A stretch of 52,965 nt of DNA, counting the filler, from Basidioascus undulatus (taxonomy: Eukaryota): NCBI GenBank assembly GCA_000826855.1. It is 4 parts of 4 records of this genome, joined end to end, with 100 filler letters (N's around TTAATTAATTAA, not from the genome) between each part and the next. Parts side by side here need not be neighbours in the genome. Positions count along the whole stretch, not along the records: positions 1 to 13,162 come from JTLS01000834.1; positions 13,263 to 26,448 come from JTLS01000835.1; 2 more parts are not named here. One strand, 5' to 3'. Positions 12,817-24,715 of the stretch are shown here, in pieces; position 1 is the stretch's first letter, and every line of letters starts with the position of its first letter. The translations under genes were made by a program, and so were the position numbers. The notes below the pieces were generated by a model. That model was not told the DNA's origin. It did no database searches and saw nothing but the letters and a program-made list of their open reading frames with translations.

Positions 12817-13162
12817 CTACTTGATCGTGTCCACCCCAACAACATCCCTCAACCGCGGGAAACCCATCAGCTCGCCCTTCTGGAGGACGACCGTGCGTGA
12901 CGAATGCAGGATGTAGGCTTTCATGTATCCCTGTTCGCGTCCGCGTTCCACAACCATCATAAGCATCAACATCTCTTGCTCTCCTCTCTCAAAGACGGAC
13001 CACGGGACATCGACACCGAGGCCAAGGGACAGTAAAGGGAGGGGAGGCAGGGAAGCAAACTGACCTGATCGAGCAGCGAGACGCAGATGCACTCCACGTC
13101 GGCGAGATCGAACGACGGGTCGGCGTACGCTATTCGGAAGGCCGTGAGGAGCGTTTGGAGTG
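12817..13162 (-). CDS. C-terminal exons of a PCI-domain protein (Thp1/PCID2/Csn12-like), cut by the gap
   Basis: Spliced translation LQTLLTAFRIAYADPSFDLADVECICVSLLDQ|GYMKAYILHSSRTVVLQKGELMGFP matches the PCI winged-helix end (DVEC...GYxKxYI.H....VVL....FP). A GT..AG intron lies at about 12932-13064. Confidence 0.75.
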
Positions 13163-13262
13163 NNNNNNNNNNNNNNNNNNNNNNNNNNNNNNNNNNNNNN
13201 NNNNNNTTAATTAATTAANNNNNNNNNNNNNNNNNNNNNNNNNNNNNNNNNNNNNNNNNNNN
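13163..13262. other. Artificial contig-joining linker (N44-TTAATTAATTAA-N44)
   Basis: N runs flank a 12-mer that gives stops in all six frames; the same linker occurs three times in the window. Confidence 0.97.
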
Positions 13263-13264
13263 TC

Positions 13265-13333
13265 TAGTTGAAAAAGTGGGAGTTGACTCCTTGAAATCAG
13301 AATCCAATGTACTAACCGTTATACTATCCAACC
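13265..13333 (-). tRNA. Degenerate tRNA-Gln(CTG) gene or pseudogene
   Basis: Minus strand: acceptor GGTTGGA/TTCAACT, D-arm GTAT-AACGGTTA-GTAC, anticodon arm TTGGA-TTCTGAT-TTCAA. The variable/T-arm region is aberrant (GGAGTCAACTCCCAC, no GTTCGA). Confidence 0.6.
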
Positions 13334-14091
13334 TGTTAGTGTGACAAAGGCAATGTATTTTATCAAAAGCACTGCTTCAGCGGACTTCGCCCCACCTCAA
13401 AAGTCTCGCTATCAGCCCAGGACTACGAGTGTATAAACCTACTGCAACATGGGTCGAACTTGGTAATATGCCGCTAGGAAACTTTGCCACACGTCCGCTG
13501 CACTCGTTCCCTCCTGGTTTAGCACTCGTTCACCCGCGTTGATGGTCTTGATTCTTCACAACACACAGATTATTTGCTCTACACTGTGTTGAACACTCAC
13601 TCCACCGCTTAACCAACCGACCCTGCACAAGCAATTTTGAATGTTGGTGTATGGCCTCAGCGCCAACTACATGAAATGACGGATAACCGGCCTGGTGATA
13701 GCAGTCGTACAGAGGCAGATTATCGGTAGACAAAAATGTAGTGCCGATTTTCCATCATACCAGAAGCTACAGGAAGTAAGAGGTCAGAGGCACGATTCGG
13801 GGAGATAGATCGCGCTCGTGGTTGTCTTTAAAACGAGTGAAAAAAATCAAGAGGGATCCAATCCTTCTTCCTTTTATGAATTGTCTTACGTGTGCAGTCA
13901 GAGTTGAGCAGGGCCTTATTGGAGTCCACATGTCCTTCGCAAGCGACCGCTCCCCGCAGAACCGCAAAACAGCCTGGTGGACGCCATTACCACACATTTG
14001 TACAGTCATTCAGAAAAATAAATATGCAGAAGTGTCCCATATCCGTCCCCCAAATCCGTCCTGCGAGTCCGAGCATCCACCCTCCATTTAA

Positions 14092-14544
14092 CTCATCGCT
14101 GCGATGACGGCAACGCACGCCGCTATCAGAACTGGAAAGGGCTCAGGCCGCGGTCAGCAAAGCTTCAGGCTCGGTACTCCATGAGCTTGGAATGAATCGT
14201 ACCTCCAGTCCGAATATTCCGGAGTCCTCCGTTCGGCACCCCCGAGTCGCACCCACTCCCCAATGTCCTCGTGCCACTCTTCGGGCGAGTACAACTCGCA
14301 GTACTCGTAGTTGCCCTTCCATACAGCTGTAGCGAATCGGACGCGAGGTCGGAGCTGCGGTGACGGTGACAGTGACATTACCGTTGTTCTGGGCCTGGGC
14401 AACGAAGGCGAAGAAAGGTGACGCAGATTGGGATGCATTCTGAATCCGGTGCATTGCCCCTTCGCCAAAACTGTACCGTGCCTGAACAAGGGGAAAGTCG
14501 GCATTCAATTGATTCTGAAGCTGGACTTGAGCTGGACTCTCCAT
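14092..14544 (-). CDS. Small hypothetical protein, probably spliced
   Basis: Starts MESPAQVQLQNQLNADFPLVQARYSFGEG. A plausible ~55-nt GTAATG..TACAG intron joins it to AVWKGNYEYCELYSPEEWHEDIGEW. The 3' end is uncertain. Confidence 0.35.
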
Positions 14545-14810
14545 CGTCCCATTCGAGGTAGAGATTTGTGATGGAAGGCAATTGGTCGGACCGATGGGAC
14601 ACTGCACAGCTTCGCGCAAGAGCGTTTTGGTTCTCACTGCTGAGTCGTGTGCAAAATGGTGCGTCGTCTGACCTGTCTCGCACGTTGCGTCGCCTCAGGC
14701 CTCGGACCTGTAAGCGATTGCGGGTTGAAGGATCGCAGAAGCGAATGAGTGGAGCCACCGCATCAGCAGTGGGGGATACAGTCGCACTCAGTCGGTCAAC
14801 GGCATAGCGT

Positions 14811-16510
14811 TCATCGTTCAACCTTCTCACGGACACATCCTCCGGGCAGGAGGTAGTACAATCGCTCGGAGTTCTCGATGAGATATTTTGGAAGCCCCAC
14901 AGCGGATTTCGATCTGGAGAGGATGGTGAGAAAACGCGTACACGTCCTTCGGAGAAGCCTGCACGTCACGTACGGCTCCAGGTCCATCAAGGAGAGCATG
15001 TCCTTCCACTGTTCGAGAAGTGTCAGTACGCGCAACCTGCTATACGAGAGTAGCTTGCGCACCGTGTATGCTTCAGGCAGCATGTTGAATGGGCTAACAC
15101 GGCACACGGCGTGTCAGCCAGCTTCTGTTACTACGCGAGCGGGCAGGGGACGACTCACTCTTTGCCAGTGCACACCGTCTCCTGTATGCGATGCGGATTC
15201 AATAACGATTTGTCCCCGCCGATGCGGTCGGCGTGCGAGTAACCTGCGGAGACTGATCAGCGCCGTCGTCCTTCAGTGCAAGTCCTTCGCGAAAAGTCAA
15301 TACCCTTCATCTTCGTCACGAACTCCTCGATAGTCCTGAAGCAGAAACTGGAATGCCACTTCAGGATGAGAATCGCGGTAGTTGTTGTAGCGGAAAAGAA
15401 AGCTCACCTGCAATGCCAACCCGCATCCGCCAACGCCGACGCACGCGCCCCCTTCCTCTTCGAATGCCCATACCACTCTCCCGCACCCCACTCCTGCACG
15501 GCCGCCCTCCAGCTTCCACCTCGCAGCTGCCACTCGAACGAATAAAGGAAGTTTCGAAGGTCGAGGTGCATCCTCCGACCCCAGCCTTCGCAGCCCTTCA
15601 GCAGACGAATGCTGTGGGCCGAAGGGATCTCGTCGACGTCGGCCATGATCACGAGCGTGCCCTGCCCCGCCCCGTGCTCGTTCAGAAGCCGAGTCATCGC
15701 CCTGCGATGCTCGGCCTCGTAGTCGAAAGGCGGTGTCCCCGGCGCGGGAGGGGGTAAGACGATGTGCACGAGCTTGTGCTGAAAACGAGCGAATCGAGGC
15801 TCCTGCGCGTGGAGCAAGAACTCGGCCGGTTTGGGGAGGCCCGTGAACGTCGAGTTGGACTGTCATTTGACGACGAAGGACCCTACACGTCAATCGTTCA
15901 CTCCGAAAGTTACGTGCCTTGAGAGTTGAGGAATGCTGACCTCGACGAGGAAGAACTTGTCTACGACAGGATCAAGCTGTTGATAATATGTTGAGCGCTG
16001 AGTGGCATGGAACGCCTCTGCTGAGGGCCGGCAAGGTGTGATGCCACTCACCTCGTTCCAGCGAAGCTCGAGCAAGTCCAGCTCTGTGCTGCAGATCTTT
16101 CAATGGTCAATGCAATGTTTCTTTTACTGAACACGATCAAGATGCGGACGCACCTGAACAGGACACCGTCGAAGAGCTGGGGCTGTGTTCGTCGCAGCTG
16201 CCAGCCATGTAGCTGGCACAGGTGCTCTGATACCGATAGCCCGTCCGCCCAGAAGTGCGGTAACACGACGTCCGGGCCCTCAGGAGTATCCCATAGCGGG
16301 CGAGTAGCGTAGCTCACTGCAGCGAACCTCCCATCATTAGTGGACGTCCTCCCCCTGAGCTGAGGGAAGGCGGAACGAATGAAGACGGAACGGCGTACGC
16401 GTGTTTTGCAGCTGATAACGAAAGGGTAGAGCTACCAGAATAAGAAATGATAATACGGTAGCCGTTGCAAGCGCTCCCTTCTGACGCCGGTTCAGCTGCG
16501 TGAGCTTCAT
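14811..16510 (-). CDS. Glycosyltransferase family 17 (MGAT3/GnT-III-like), multi-exon type II membrane protein
   Basis: N-terminal TM; SYATRPLWD; FDGVLF(S)TELDLLELRWNELDPVVDKFFLVESNSTFTG; DxD motif MADVDEIP; LYSFEW; ADAGWHCSFCFRTIEEFVTKMK; NMLPEAY; LLPGGC. Confidence 0.88.
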
Positions 16511-17015
16511 CGCGGTGATGGGGAAGGTAGGGAGCACCGCCGATGACCATCACGCAGGAGTCGTTCTTGGTCGTCCACGCGCGTTCGCGCGCAGTTATCT
16601 CGACAGCGCAGTACGCCGAGTAGTACATATGGGAGCAAGTACTTGGAAGAGGGTCTGACAGTGAGGAGCCGCCGCTTCGCATAATAAGCTCGGCAAACGT
16701 ACTACTCACATACATACGGCCACGTGGCGGCGGCATTGCGGCGGCATTGCGGGGTGTCAAGCACATCATCCTCTTACACTCCATGCTACGGCTTTTGAAT
16801 GGTAGATTTGGGTTGCAGTTGGGATCCTAGTCAAACAATAGAACTGAGGACTGGCAGCGACATTGCAAGCAAGTCTAAGTTTGTCAAAGCCCGGCCGTGT
16901 TCGTGTTCGGTCAAGCGAGTGAAGATCTCATCCGCACGACATGCAAGAACAAGGTATAGATGCAGTACACAAACGGACAACATCTCAACCACCACAAGAC
17001 CCTAAAGAAAGAAGT

Positions 17016-20000
17016 TCAAGAAATCGCCATGGCCGCTGGCCGATCTGGCCCGCCGTTCGTTGCGGCGGCAGTGCCATTGATTGCCGGTCCCGAGGCTACG
17101 CCCCCGTTGGTCGGTCCCGCCAGCTTGCCCCCGAGCCAGCGTTGAAAATCGTCCATGCTCACGTGAAGAAGGTGAACCGTCCTTGTCTCCTCTGATAATG
17201 GATTAGAGTACGTATCGTCAGGTTCAGCACGTACGTAAGGAAAGCTCCGGCGACGCTACAGACACACCCGAGCGGACAAGGCGCCCGTACGTCTTGCCCT
17301 TCTTCTCGCTCTCAAAGTGGTCGTGATCCCGCGGGAGGAGGACATAGGATGTCTGGCAGGCGCAGAAGCGGTTAGTGCATGCGGGTACGCGCTCAAAGCT
17401 GATATGAAAAACGTACGTCGTAATACCAATCACGGTGGACCTTCGGCACCCGCGGCACGTCATTGACGCCGGTGACCTGCAAGACGGCCTTAACGCGAGT
17501 CTTCACGCGCTCGCTGCGCGCCTCGATGAGCTTCGTGATCGCCGTACAGCCGGTGCCGAAGCCGACGAGGATGATGCGGGTGTCCAGCTCCATCAAGCTA
17601 AACGCACAGGTCAAGGTCAGTCGGGATACGCCGTGCTCTCCGAGGGCGAGCTGCAACAGACGTACTCGATATAATTATCCCAAAGCGTCTGGACGAGATG
17701 CTTGAGAGGGTCGAGCGTCTCCTTCCCCGGCTTCACGGCTCGCGTCTTGGCCGCGAAGTTGATCAGGACGTTGACGTCCATTAGCCCCCAGTCGTTTCCG
17801 CGGACCCAGTCGACGATCTTGCGGCTAGAGTCGATCTATGCGAAGGATGGCGGTGTATAAGTGAGAAGCAGCACTTGCGGACGTTCCCGAAAGGTGCGCA
17901 CCAAGAACGATCGCTCCATGTTCACGTCGTAGTCCGCCGCAGTCCGAGACTCGACGAGGAGATTGCCGCTGCGCACGGGTCAGCAGATGGCAAGCCCGAA
18001 ACCGAGAGCCACGACATACAAGTCGTGTACGAAAAATACCAAAGTTTTGACATCGTAGATGTCAGACCTGTCGAATCTCGGATGAGCGACAGCCGAAGGG
18101 CGGTGCTGTCAGTCTGTTCGAAGAATGCGACGTACGTGCAGAACACTTGCCGGCCGAAACGATTCCGAAGCTCCTCTGCGACGAGAGGAACTTCGAACAT
18201 GTCGTACTGGTCGCACAGGAAGCGCGTCCGATGGTCCTTGAGCACCTCTGGACCGTTTCCCTCTCCACCTATGAGCAGTTGATTAAGGATACCCATCGAG
18301 CAGTGACGACGCACGGCTGACGGAGGTAACGCCGGCCGTAGTAAGAGCTGCGCGCAGGAACCGGTCAGTATCGCGAAGGAACGCGCGACTTTCAATATGA
18401 CACTCACTTTCCACGGGCTCGTTGGCCCTGGGCGTGATGCTCTTCCAGTACGCGCTCTGAGTGAGTGCAACCTGTTGGGGCGGACGACGACATCAGCGAG
18501 ATTTCAGCGCAGGCTCGGATGCAGCGAACATCACCTGTTGAATCGTCGTCGACGCCAGCTCAGTCGCCTCGAGTGGTGCGCTGAACGGCGGCGGAGCTTC
18601 GCCGAGGAGGACCTTCGTGACAGCGAGTGCTGACGTCGAGATCGCCTCGAGGTTGTACCCGCCCTGCATGTGAAAGCGAGATAGGCGGTCCGCTTCAGTC
18701 GTGAAAGAACGCCGGATGGTTGCAAGCAACATACCTCAAGCGCCACGACCAACTTGCCGTCCGCGAGCCCCGAAAGCATATGCGTCATGTGCGCGAACCC
18801 GGCGGGCGAGACATGGTTCTCGCCGAGGTGGTCGCCCTCCGCCGCGTCGAACCCGGCGGAAACTGAAGCGCGTTGAAAGTTCAGTGTGAGGTCGGCGAGG
18901 AGAAATAGCGCGCAACACTTACTGATGATCAGATCAGGCGAAAACTCATACGCGATGGGCATGATGATCTTGTGGAAAGCTTGGATGTAGTCGGCGTCGC
19001 CCATGCCCTTCACAGGCCACGGGACGTTGACGGACCTGCCTCTCCTCTGTCAGCGCTGATTGTGTAGAGAGGAGATGGGGCAAGAGAAAAAATCGCGCAC
19101 GTTCCCTCCGCACCCGGCGCGCCCACCATGTCCATCCCGCCGAAGTTCGTGCTCGGGTAGAACGTCCCGCCCTCATAGCGGTGGATCGAAACGTAGAGAA
19201 CGTTCGGGTCGTCGTAGAATGCTCTTTGCGTCCCATTGCCTGCCAGCGGCATTTCACGTCAGTCACCAATATGCGGGGAAATGCGGAAGAGGGCGACCAA
19301 CCGTGATGAACGTCCCTGCCAGTCGAAAGGCTGGTCAGCTCCCGCGTGCTCAAGTAAGTCGTTTCCGGAAACGCGACGCACCAGTCCAGGATCATGACCT
19401 TCTTAATCTGGTTCGGGTAGCTGCGCATCGCCCAGCGCGTCGCGATGCTGACGTTGTTGTAGAAGCAGAATCCGCCGATCTCCTCCGGCTCGGCATGATG
19501 CCCGGGCGGACGGACGATCGCGAACCCGTTGCGGATCTGCCCGTCGATGACGGCTTTGGTCATCTGTACGACGCCGCCCGCGCTGAGCGCCGCGCAGTCG
19601 GGCGTCTTGTTGTTGACGTAGACCGACAGACGCTCGTACAAGGGGTAGTTGGCGCGCAGCTGACTCTCGGGCGTGACTGTTATCGGGGACGCGATCTGGT
19701 CAGCGGGTACCTTCCAGGTTGGCGAGTGAGTAACGAATGGGATTTGCTACGGACACTCAAAGGCGACGACGCTCTCGTAATGAGCCTCGGAGTGTATGAG
19801 CTCGACCTCGGCTTTGAGGATTCTCCTCCCCGTGATCCTCTTCATGTACTTGATACAGCCGCCGTTCTTGAGCGTCTGGAAGATGCACGAAATGCGTTCT
19901 GGCGCTTCTGGATGCGGGCCGTCGTCGTCCTCGATGAGGGACGCGTGGCCCGACATAGCGGGGTCGTAGACGTAGCCCGTGCGAGGTTGCGGCTCGAACG

Positions 20001-20223
20001 GCATAGTCACGAGTCCGTCGTTGAGCGTGTCGACCGCGCTGACAGACGAGGCGCGCGGTACGAGCGCGGCGGAGGCGGCGGCTGGGGAGGTAGTGGCTGT
20101 CGAAAGACCGTTGATAGGCACGACGGCCGCTACGGGCGGACCGACTGGCGTGGCTGGCGCTGCCGCTGGGGCGGCGTCGACTTCCATCGGCTGCCGCGAA
20201 GGTCCCTCCATGGGGTCGTCCAT
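17016..20223 (-). CDS. HDA1: Class II histone deacetylase Hda1/Clr3 with C-terminal Arb2-like domain, multi-exon
   Basis: [98 protein letters not shown]-terminal WGLMDVN and [10 protein letters not shown]. Confidence 0.93.
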
Positions 20224-20707
20224 GTTGCGACTAATAGCGACAGAAGTTAATGAGAGAGCCCAAAGAATGTATAAACTTGATAACCTCACGTGTAGTGTGA
20301 GAGGTTGAAAAAACGTGAAGGAAAACAAAAAGGGCAGCGAGTTTCGAAAGGCGACCGGACTGCCATGGAAGAAGAGTCCGCGAAGGAGGTGTCAGTGGTG
20401 CATCGACTTGAAAAGCGAGAGATGGCGCTGACTAGCTCGAATATGTCAGTATCGACGTTGGATTTCGAGCGTTTGGGATAACAGCGAAAGTCAGTATACA
20501 GAGAGGAGTGACCGTTGGGGAAGGAAGACAACCCGCGACGCGCCTTCATTGTGGTTGTCGCGCTCCGTCCGCGGGGGGGCCCTCGCAGCTCCTCGGAACG
20601 CCCCCTGCTGGGAAATGACCTCACCACCCAGCACCATCTTCTCGTCTTCTCTCCTCTCCATTTGACTGACACCTCTTGTACTTCCATTCTCACATCAGCA
20701 GCACTCC

Positions 20708-21441
20708 ATGTCGTGGCAAAAGACCGTCACCCTCTCCCGGCGTTCCAAAGGGTCCGTATCCCGGCTTCGTGCCTCCTCGTGCAACCCCTCTGCGATGCTC
20801 ACCCTGCAGCTCCTGGGAAGCTGCCACCTGGTGACCGACGAGATTCAACGCGAGATCAAGGATGGTCTGAAGAAGACCAAGATTGGGATCCTGCACCTGT
20901 TCTGCCAGCACACCTCGGTGAGCAGATATGCTCTTAATACCCTCCACCTTCCCGCCGCTTCGGTCCCTCTCGACTCAAACTAAACTGTGACTATCATCAT
21001 CCCAGTGCGCTCTTTCGATTAACGAGAACTTTGACAGCGATGTCCGACGGGACATGGACATGGCTCTCGACCGTATCGTGCCTGAGAGCCTGCCGTGGCG
21101 GCATACAGATGAGGGACCGGACGACTCGTGCGTTTGCTCTATCTCTATTCCAACCCGCATTGGGCACACACATTTAAATGACGTATTATGGGATCATTCT
21201 GGACAGCGTCTCCCACACCAAGTCCAGCATCATCGGCGTTAGCCTCACGATCCCTATCACGAACGGCCAGCTCAACCTCGGGACTTGGCAAGGTCCGTTT
21301 TTCTGTCACCCCTCATCGTTCATCTTCCGTTTTCGTATCGATCACTGAGCTCTCCTTTGCGTGTATGAAAATCCAGGGATCTACCTCACTGAGTTCCGAA
21401 ATGCATCGCACTCGCGCCGAGTGGTAGCCACCATCATGTGA
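20708..21441 (+). CDS. YjbQ/UPF0047 family protein (secondary thiamine-phosphate synthase-like), multi-exon
   Basis: [81 protein letters not shown]. Confidence 0.92.
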
Positions 21442-22169
21442 GTGCCCTGCGTGCGGCACCTTTGTCCTGGACGACCCAGAGCCCGACGAGTTTAGCTTTT
21501 CATTCTCCCGGATATGCAGGCCGTGATGTGGCCTAGCATGGTGAAAAGGGTGTAGAAATGTAGAGGACGTTCTCCGTTTCGCATAGACACGCATAATGCC
21601 CCTTGGCGGTTGGGCTTGCATGCCAAAATCAGCCGATTATGTGAAGAGTGTTTTTTATGAGAGTTCAGCAGCTGATCCAGGACTGCCTCCGTCCTGAGCG
21701 CTTGAAACCTGAGAGTAGTGCGGCCGGCCTGGCCACACTTGGCCACACCTGTATCCTGATGCTTCATGCCATGACAGTTACGAGTCGAAGGATAGACTCT
21801 GAGCTAGTTCTTATGGTCTTATGCGAGCACCCAACCAAAGATTGTGTCGGAGAGGGTAGCTGTGATGTCGCTCGCCGCGGTGGAGCACAATAAGAGGACG
21901 CGGGCGGGGATGCCTTGGCAATCTTTTGGGCAGATCTAGCCTGCTCAATTTCCACAAAAAATGCACTGCGCCTGTTCGGCTCGAACGATAACGATTTCGA
22001 GAAGCAACAAGCGCTTGAAAATGAGATTCTGATCTTCCACTGTGGGGGTTCCGGGGCTGAGCGGACGAGTGTTTGCGAGCGTCTTCGATCAACGCTTGGT
22101 CACTCTTCCTTCCTTCCCTTTTCGGTCTGCTGGCCGGTCGTCTTCTGCTCAAATTGACTTTCGATCGCA

Positions 22170-23509
22170 ATGTCGAATCGGCTCTCGGTGTCGAATCCAC
22201 TCTCGGTGTCTAATCCACTCTCGATGTCGAACCCACTTTCAATCTTCCCCCTGGAAATATGGTCGCGTATCTTCGCTTACGCCGGACACTAGGATCGTAA
22301 CAAGTTGGGTTACAAGAAGGTGATACGCCGGCGGGGGAGGTTGTGCCTTGTTAGCAAAGCTTTAAAAAGGTGCGCTTCTTCCACTTCATTCCCTCTGTAT
22401 AGCAATTGCGACAGGATGCAACGTGAGCTTACCGTAGGTTCCCTGAGCCGGTCGCCGCCAACTTCCTGTATCGGACGGTCATCCTCACTTCGCTTCCCGA
22501 GATCACGGAGCTGCTGAGCACTGTCATTCGACTCGATTTGGCCGGCTTTCATGTCAGGCACTTCGTCCCCGAGCTCTACGTCGGCACGCATCCTGGCACG
22601 GCCATGCTCATCTTGTCTGGTATCCCCCCGGGTGACGAGGCGAAAGCGACGTATAACCTCGATCAATCGCCTTTACCCACGCTCCTCGCAGCCCTTGCGC
22701 GACTTTAGGAGTTCACATCCCCGCTCCCTCAGTTGCGGGGTAAGCTCAACCGTCCCAACTGTCGGATTGTCCACACTTCGAGGGCTTTCCTCGTCTCGGC
22801 GTACGCTGTCTCGCCTAGGTTGCACGCTGGACTCATTGGTCCCTCTGGACCTTGTCGTTCAAATGCTTGGGACATTCGTTGAGTTAAAGAGCCTATCCCT
22901 CGGACGGACCGATTCCGACGACGCCTATCTCAATCCCGGCCCATAGCCTGCTTGGAAACTTTCGATGCCGCAACTTCGCTTACTCAAGTCTAGCATGCCC
23001 CTTCCCGAAGACCTGGCCATTACTACTCATCGTTTCGATACTCAGGACGCTCAGGCCATGCTTCATTTCCTATCCAACCATGCGGTTCAAATTCGAAGCT
23101 TGACGCTCGCTGTCGCGCACCGTCACGCCGGCGGGATGATCCTCGCTACTGTCACACCTCGACAAGCTCATCTTCCGATCTCGTCCCATTGAACCCCCCG
23201 AATTGGGACATGTTCGGCCGTGCTCTCAGAACTGTCACCATGCCCGCCCGCTTTGCAGACCCTGCCGCCCGCAATGTTGTCGGTAACTGGATACGTACCC
23301 TGCTCGCTACCGACCCTCCTGCCCTGCGCGATATACATATGGAGTCGCTCGGAGGATCCGAACCGTTCAGATGGGCTCATATGGAGGAGAGCGAATCTCT
23401 GATGTCGGCTTTCAAGCTCGCGCTTAGCTGCGCGGAGAAGGGCGTTGTCCTCAGAGACAGGGATGGCAATGGGGTGACCTTGTTGGGGTGTGGCGAGGGA
23501 ACTTCTTAA
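22170..23509 (+). pseudogene. F-box/LRR-like pseudogene
   Basis: MSN..LSIFPLEIWSRIFAYAGH*..RLCLVSKALK is F-box-like, followed by LRR-like FVELKSLSLG, MPQLRLL and QIRSLTL. In-frame stops at about 22290, 22944 and 23190. Confidence 0.6.
22171..22242 (+). repeat. Four copies of an imperfect 18-bp coding repeat, (M/V)SN(R/P)LS
   Basis: tgtcgaatcggctctcgg / tgtcgaatccactctcgg / tgtctaatccactctcga / tgtcgaacccactttcaa. Confidence 0.85.
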
Positions 23510-23716
23510 AAATGCATTGGCCTTTTGTTCGTGATCGTCGCTGCGCACAACTCCTACTACGATTCGGTCGTTCTCTACGCCGACTGCGTCCTGCCCGCCT
23601 GACATGGTTTTTCCTAACAGCAGAAATTTCAAAGCTTTTTCTACCGGAATATTTCATTCGTCTATATAAATGGGTCGTGCTGTCAGAAAACAACAGCGTG
23701 TCGACAACTTTCACAC

Positions 23717-24715
23717 TCAAAGCTCCTTGAGCCCCTTCCGAGCCCTTGATCCCAAGCCGCGCCTGTCATAGCTCTTCACTTGATGAACTTCTCCCCACAA
23801 AAACGCCTCGGGAGATCAATATCCTTGACCTGCAAAGCCGAGGAATCGTGTTAACATGTGCCATCGATACCGCCTCCTGGCGGGCCAGACGAATCTGGAT
23901 CGTGATGCGCTTGGCGTGGAGGGCGGCGAGGTTGGTGTCCTGCACCGGGGGACCGCGAACCGGTAAGTCTTTGGAACCCCATTGTTGAGAAATTTGATAA
24001 TGGAGAGACGCACTCCGAAGAGATGGATGAGGTAGTTCTCGGACGCTTCCTGGAACGCCATCATGGTGGCAGCCTGGAAGCGGAGATTCGGCTGACGAGA
24101 AGTGATATTCGGATGTGGTTTTGTTGCGCTTTTGATATGCGTGAAGTTCTACCTACCCTGAAGTCTTCGGCGATCTTTCTAACGAGGCGCTGGAACGGGA
24201 GCTTGCGGATGAAGAGCCTGCGAGGTGCGTGCGGGCGGAGGTTGCGCGTGATGAGGAGTGTGATAGACCGAAGAAAAATAAACCAAGAGCGATAAATAGA
24301 AGACGGTGCCGAAGTTTTATGGAGAGGGAGCAGACGGGGCCAGTGGGAGCGGTCAGCGGGGCCGGCTGAATGCGTTCGACGGGAGGAGGACGTACTCGGT
24401 GGAGTGGGATGTCCTCCACAACTACTCCAAGCACATTCCTTCAGGAAACTTGATGACGCACCCCGCAGCGCCACCGTACCGCCAGCGATGCGGCTTCTTG
24501 GCCCCACCCGTGTCGCTGCTGCCGGAGAGGCGCTTCCCGCCCTTGCCCTTCCAACCCCTCGTCTCCTGCAAAGCAGCCAACAGAACAGAATAAGATTACC
24601 TACCTGGTCTGGAACTCACGCTTCCCAAATTGACCTTTGCCCCCTTCGTCTCCAGCTGCTTCCTCGGGGCCTTTCCCCCGGTTGACTTGCGTGCGGTCTG
24701 CTTCGTACGCGCCAT
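23717..24715 (-). pseudogene. Divergent histone H3-like gene, apparently inactivated
   Basis: Spliced reconstruction: [60 protein letters not shown]-fs-GTVALR|..STE|LFIRKLPFQRLVRKIAEDFR|PNLRFQAATMMAFQEASENYLIHLFG|DTNLAALHAKRITIQ|VKDIDLPRRFCGEK. There is a frameshift near 24480, EIRRYQK is largely deleted, and the last donor reads AT instead of GT (23893-23894). Confidence 0.88.

Noticed and set aside
13207..13218. TTAATTAATTAA as a biological motif or piggyBac target site
   Set aside because: It is the same synthetic six-frame-stop linker found in all three N gaps.
19060..20250. 396-aa plus-strand ORF
   Set aside because: Antisense shadow of the GC-rich HDA1 exons, with no recognisable motifs.
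23717..24715. CENP-A/Cse4
   Set aside because: The canonical H3 N-terminus is retained, loop 1 is not extended, and FQRL and LRFQ are H3-like.
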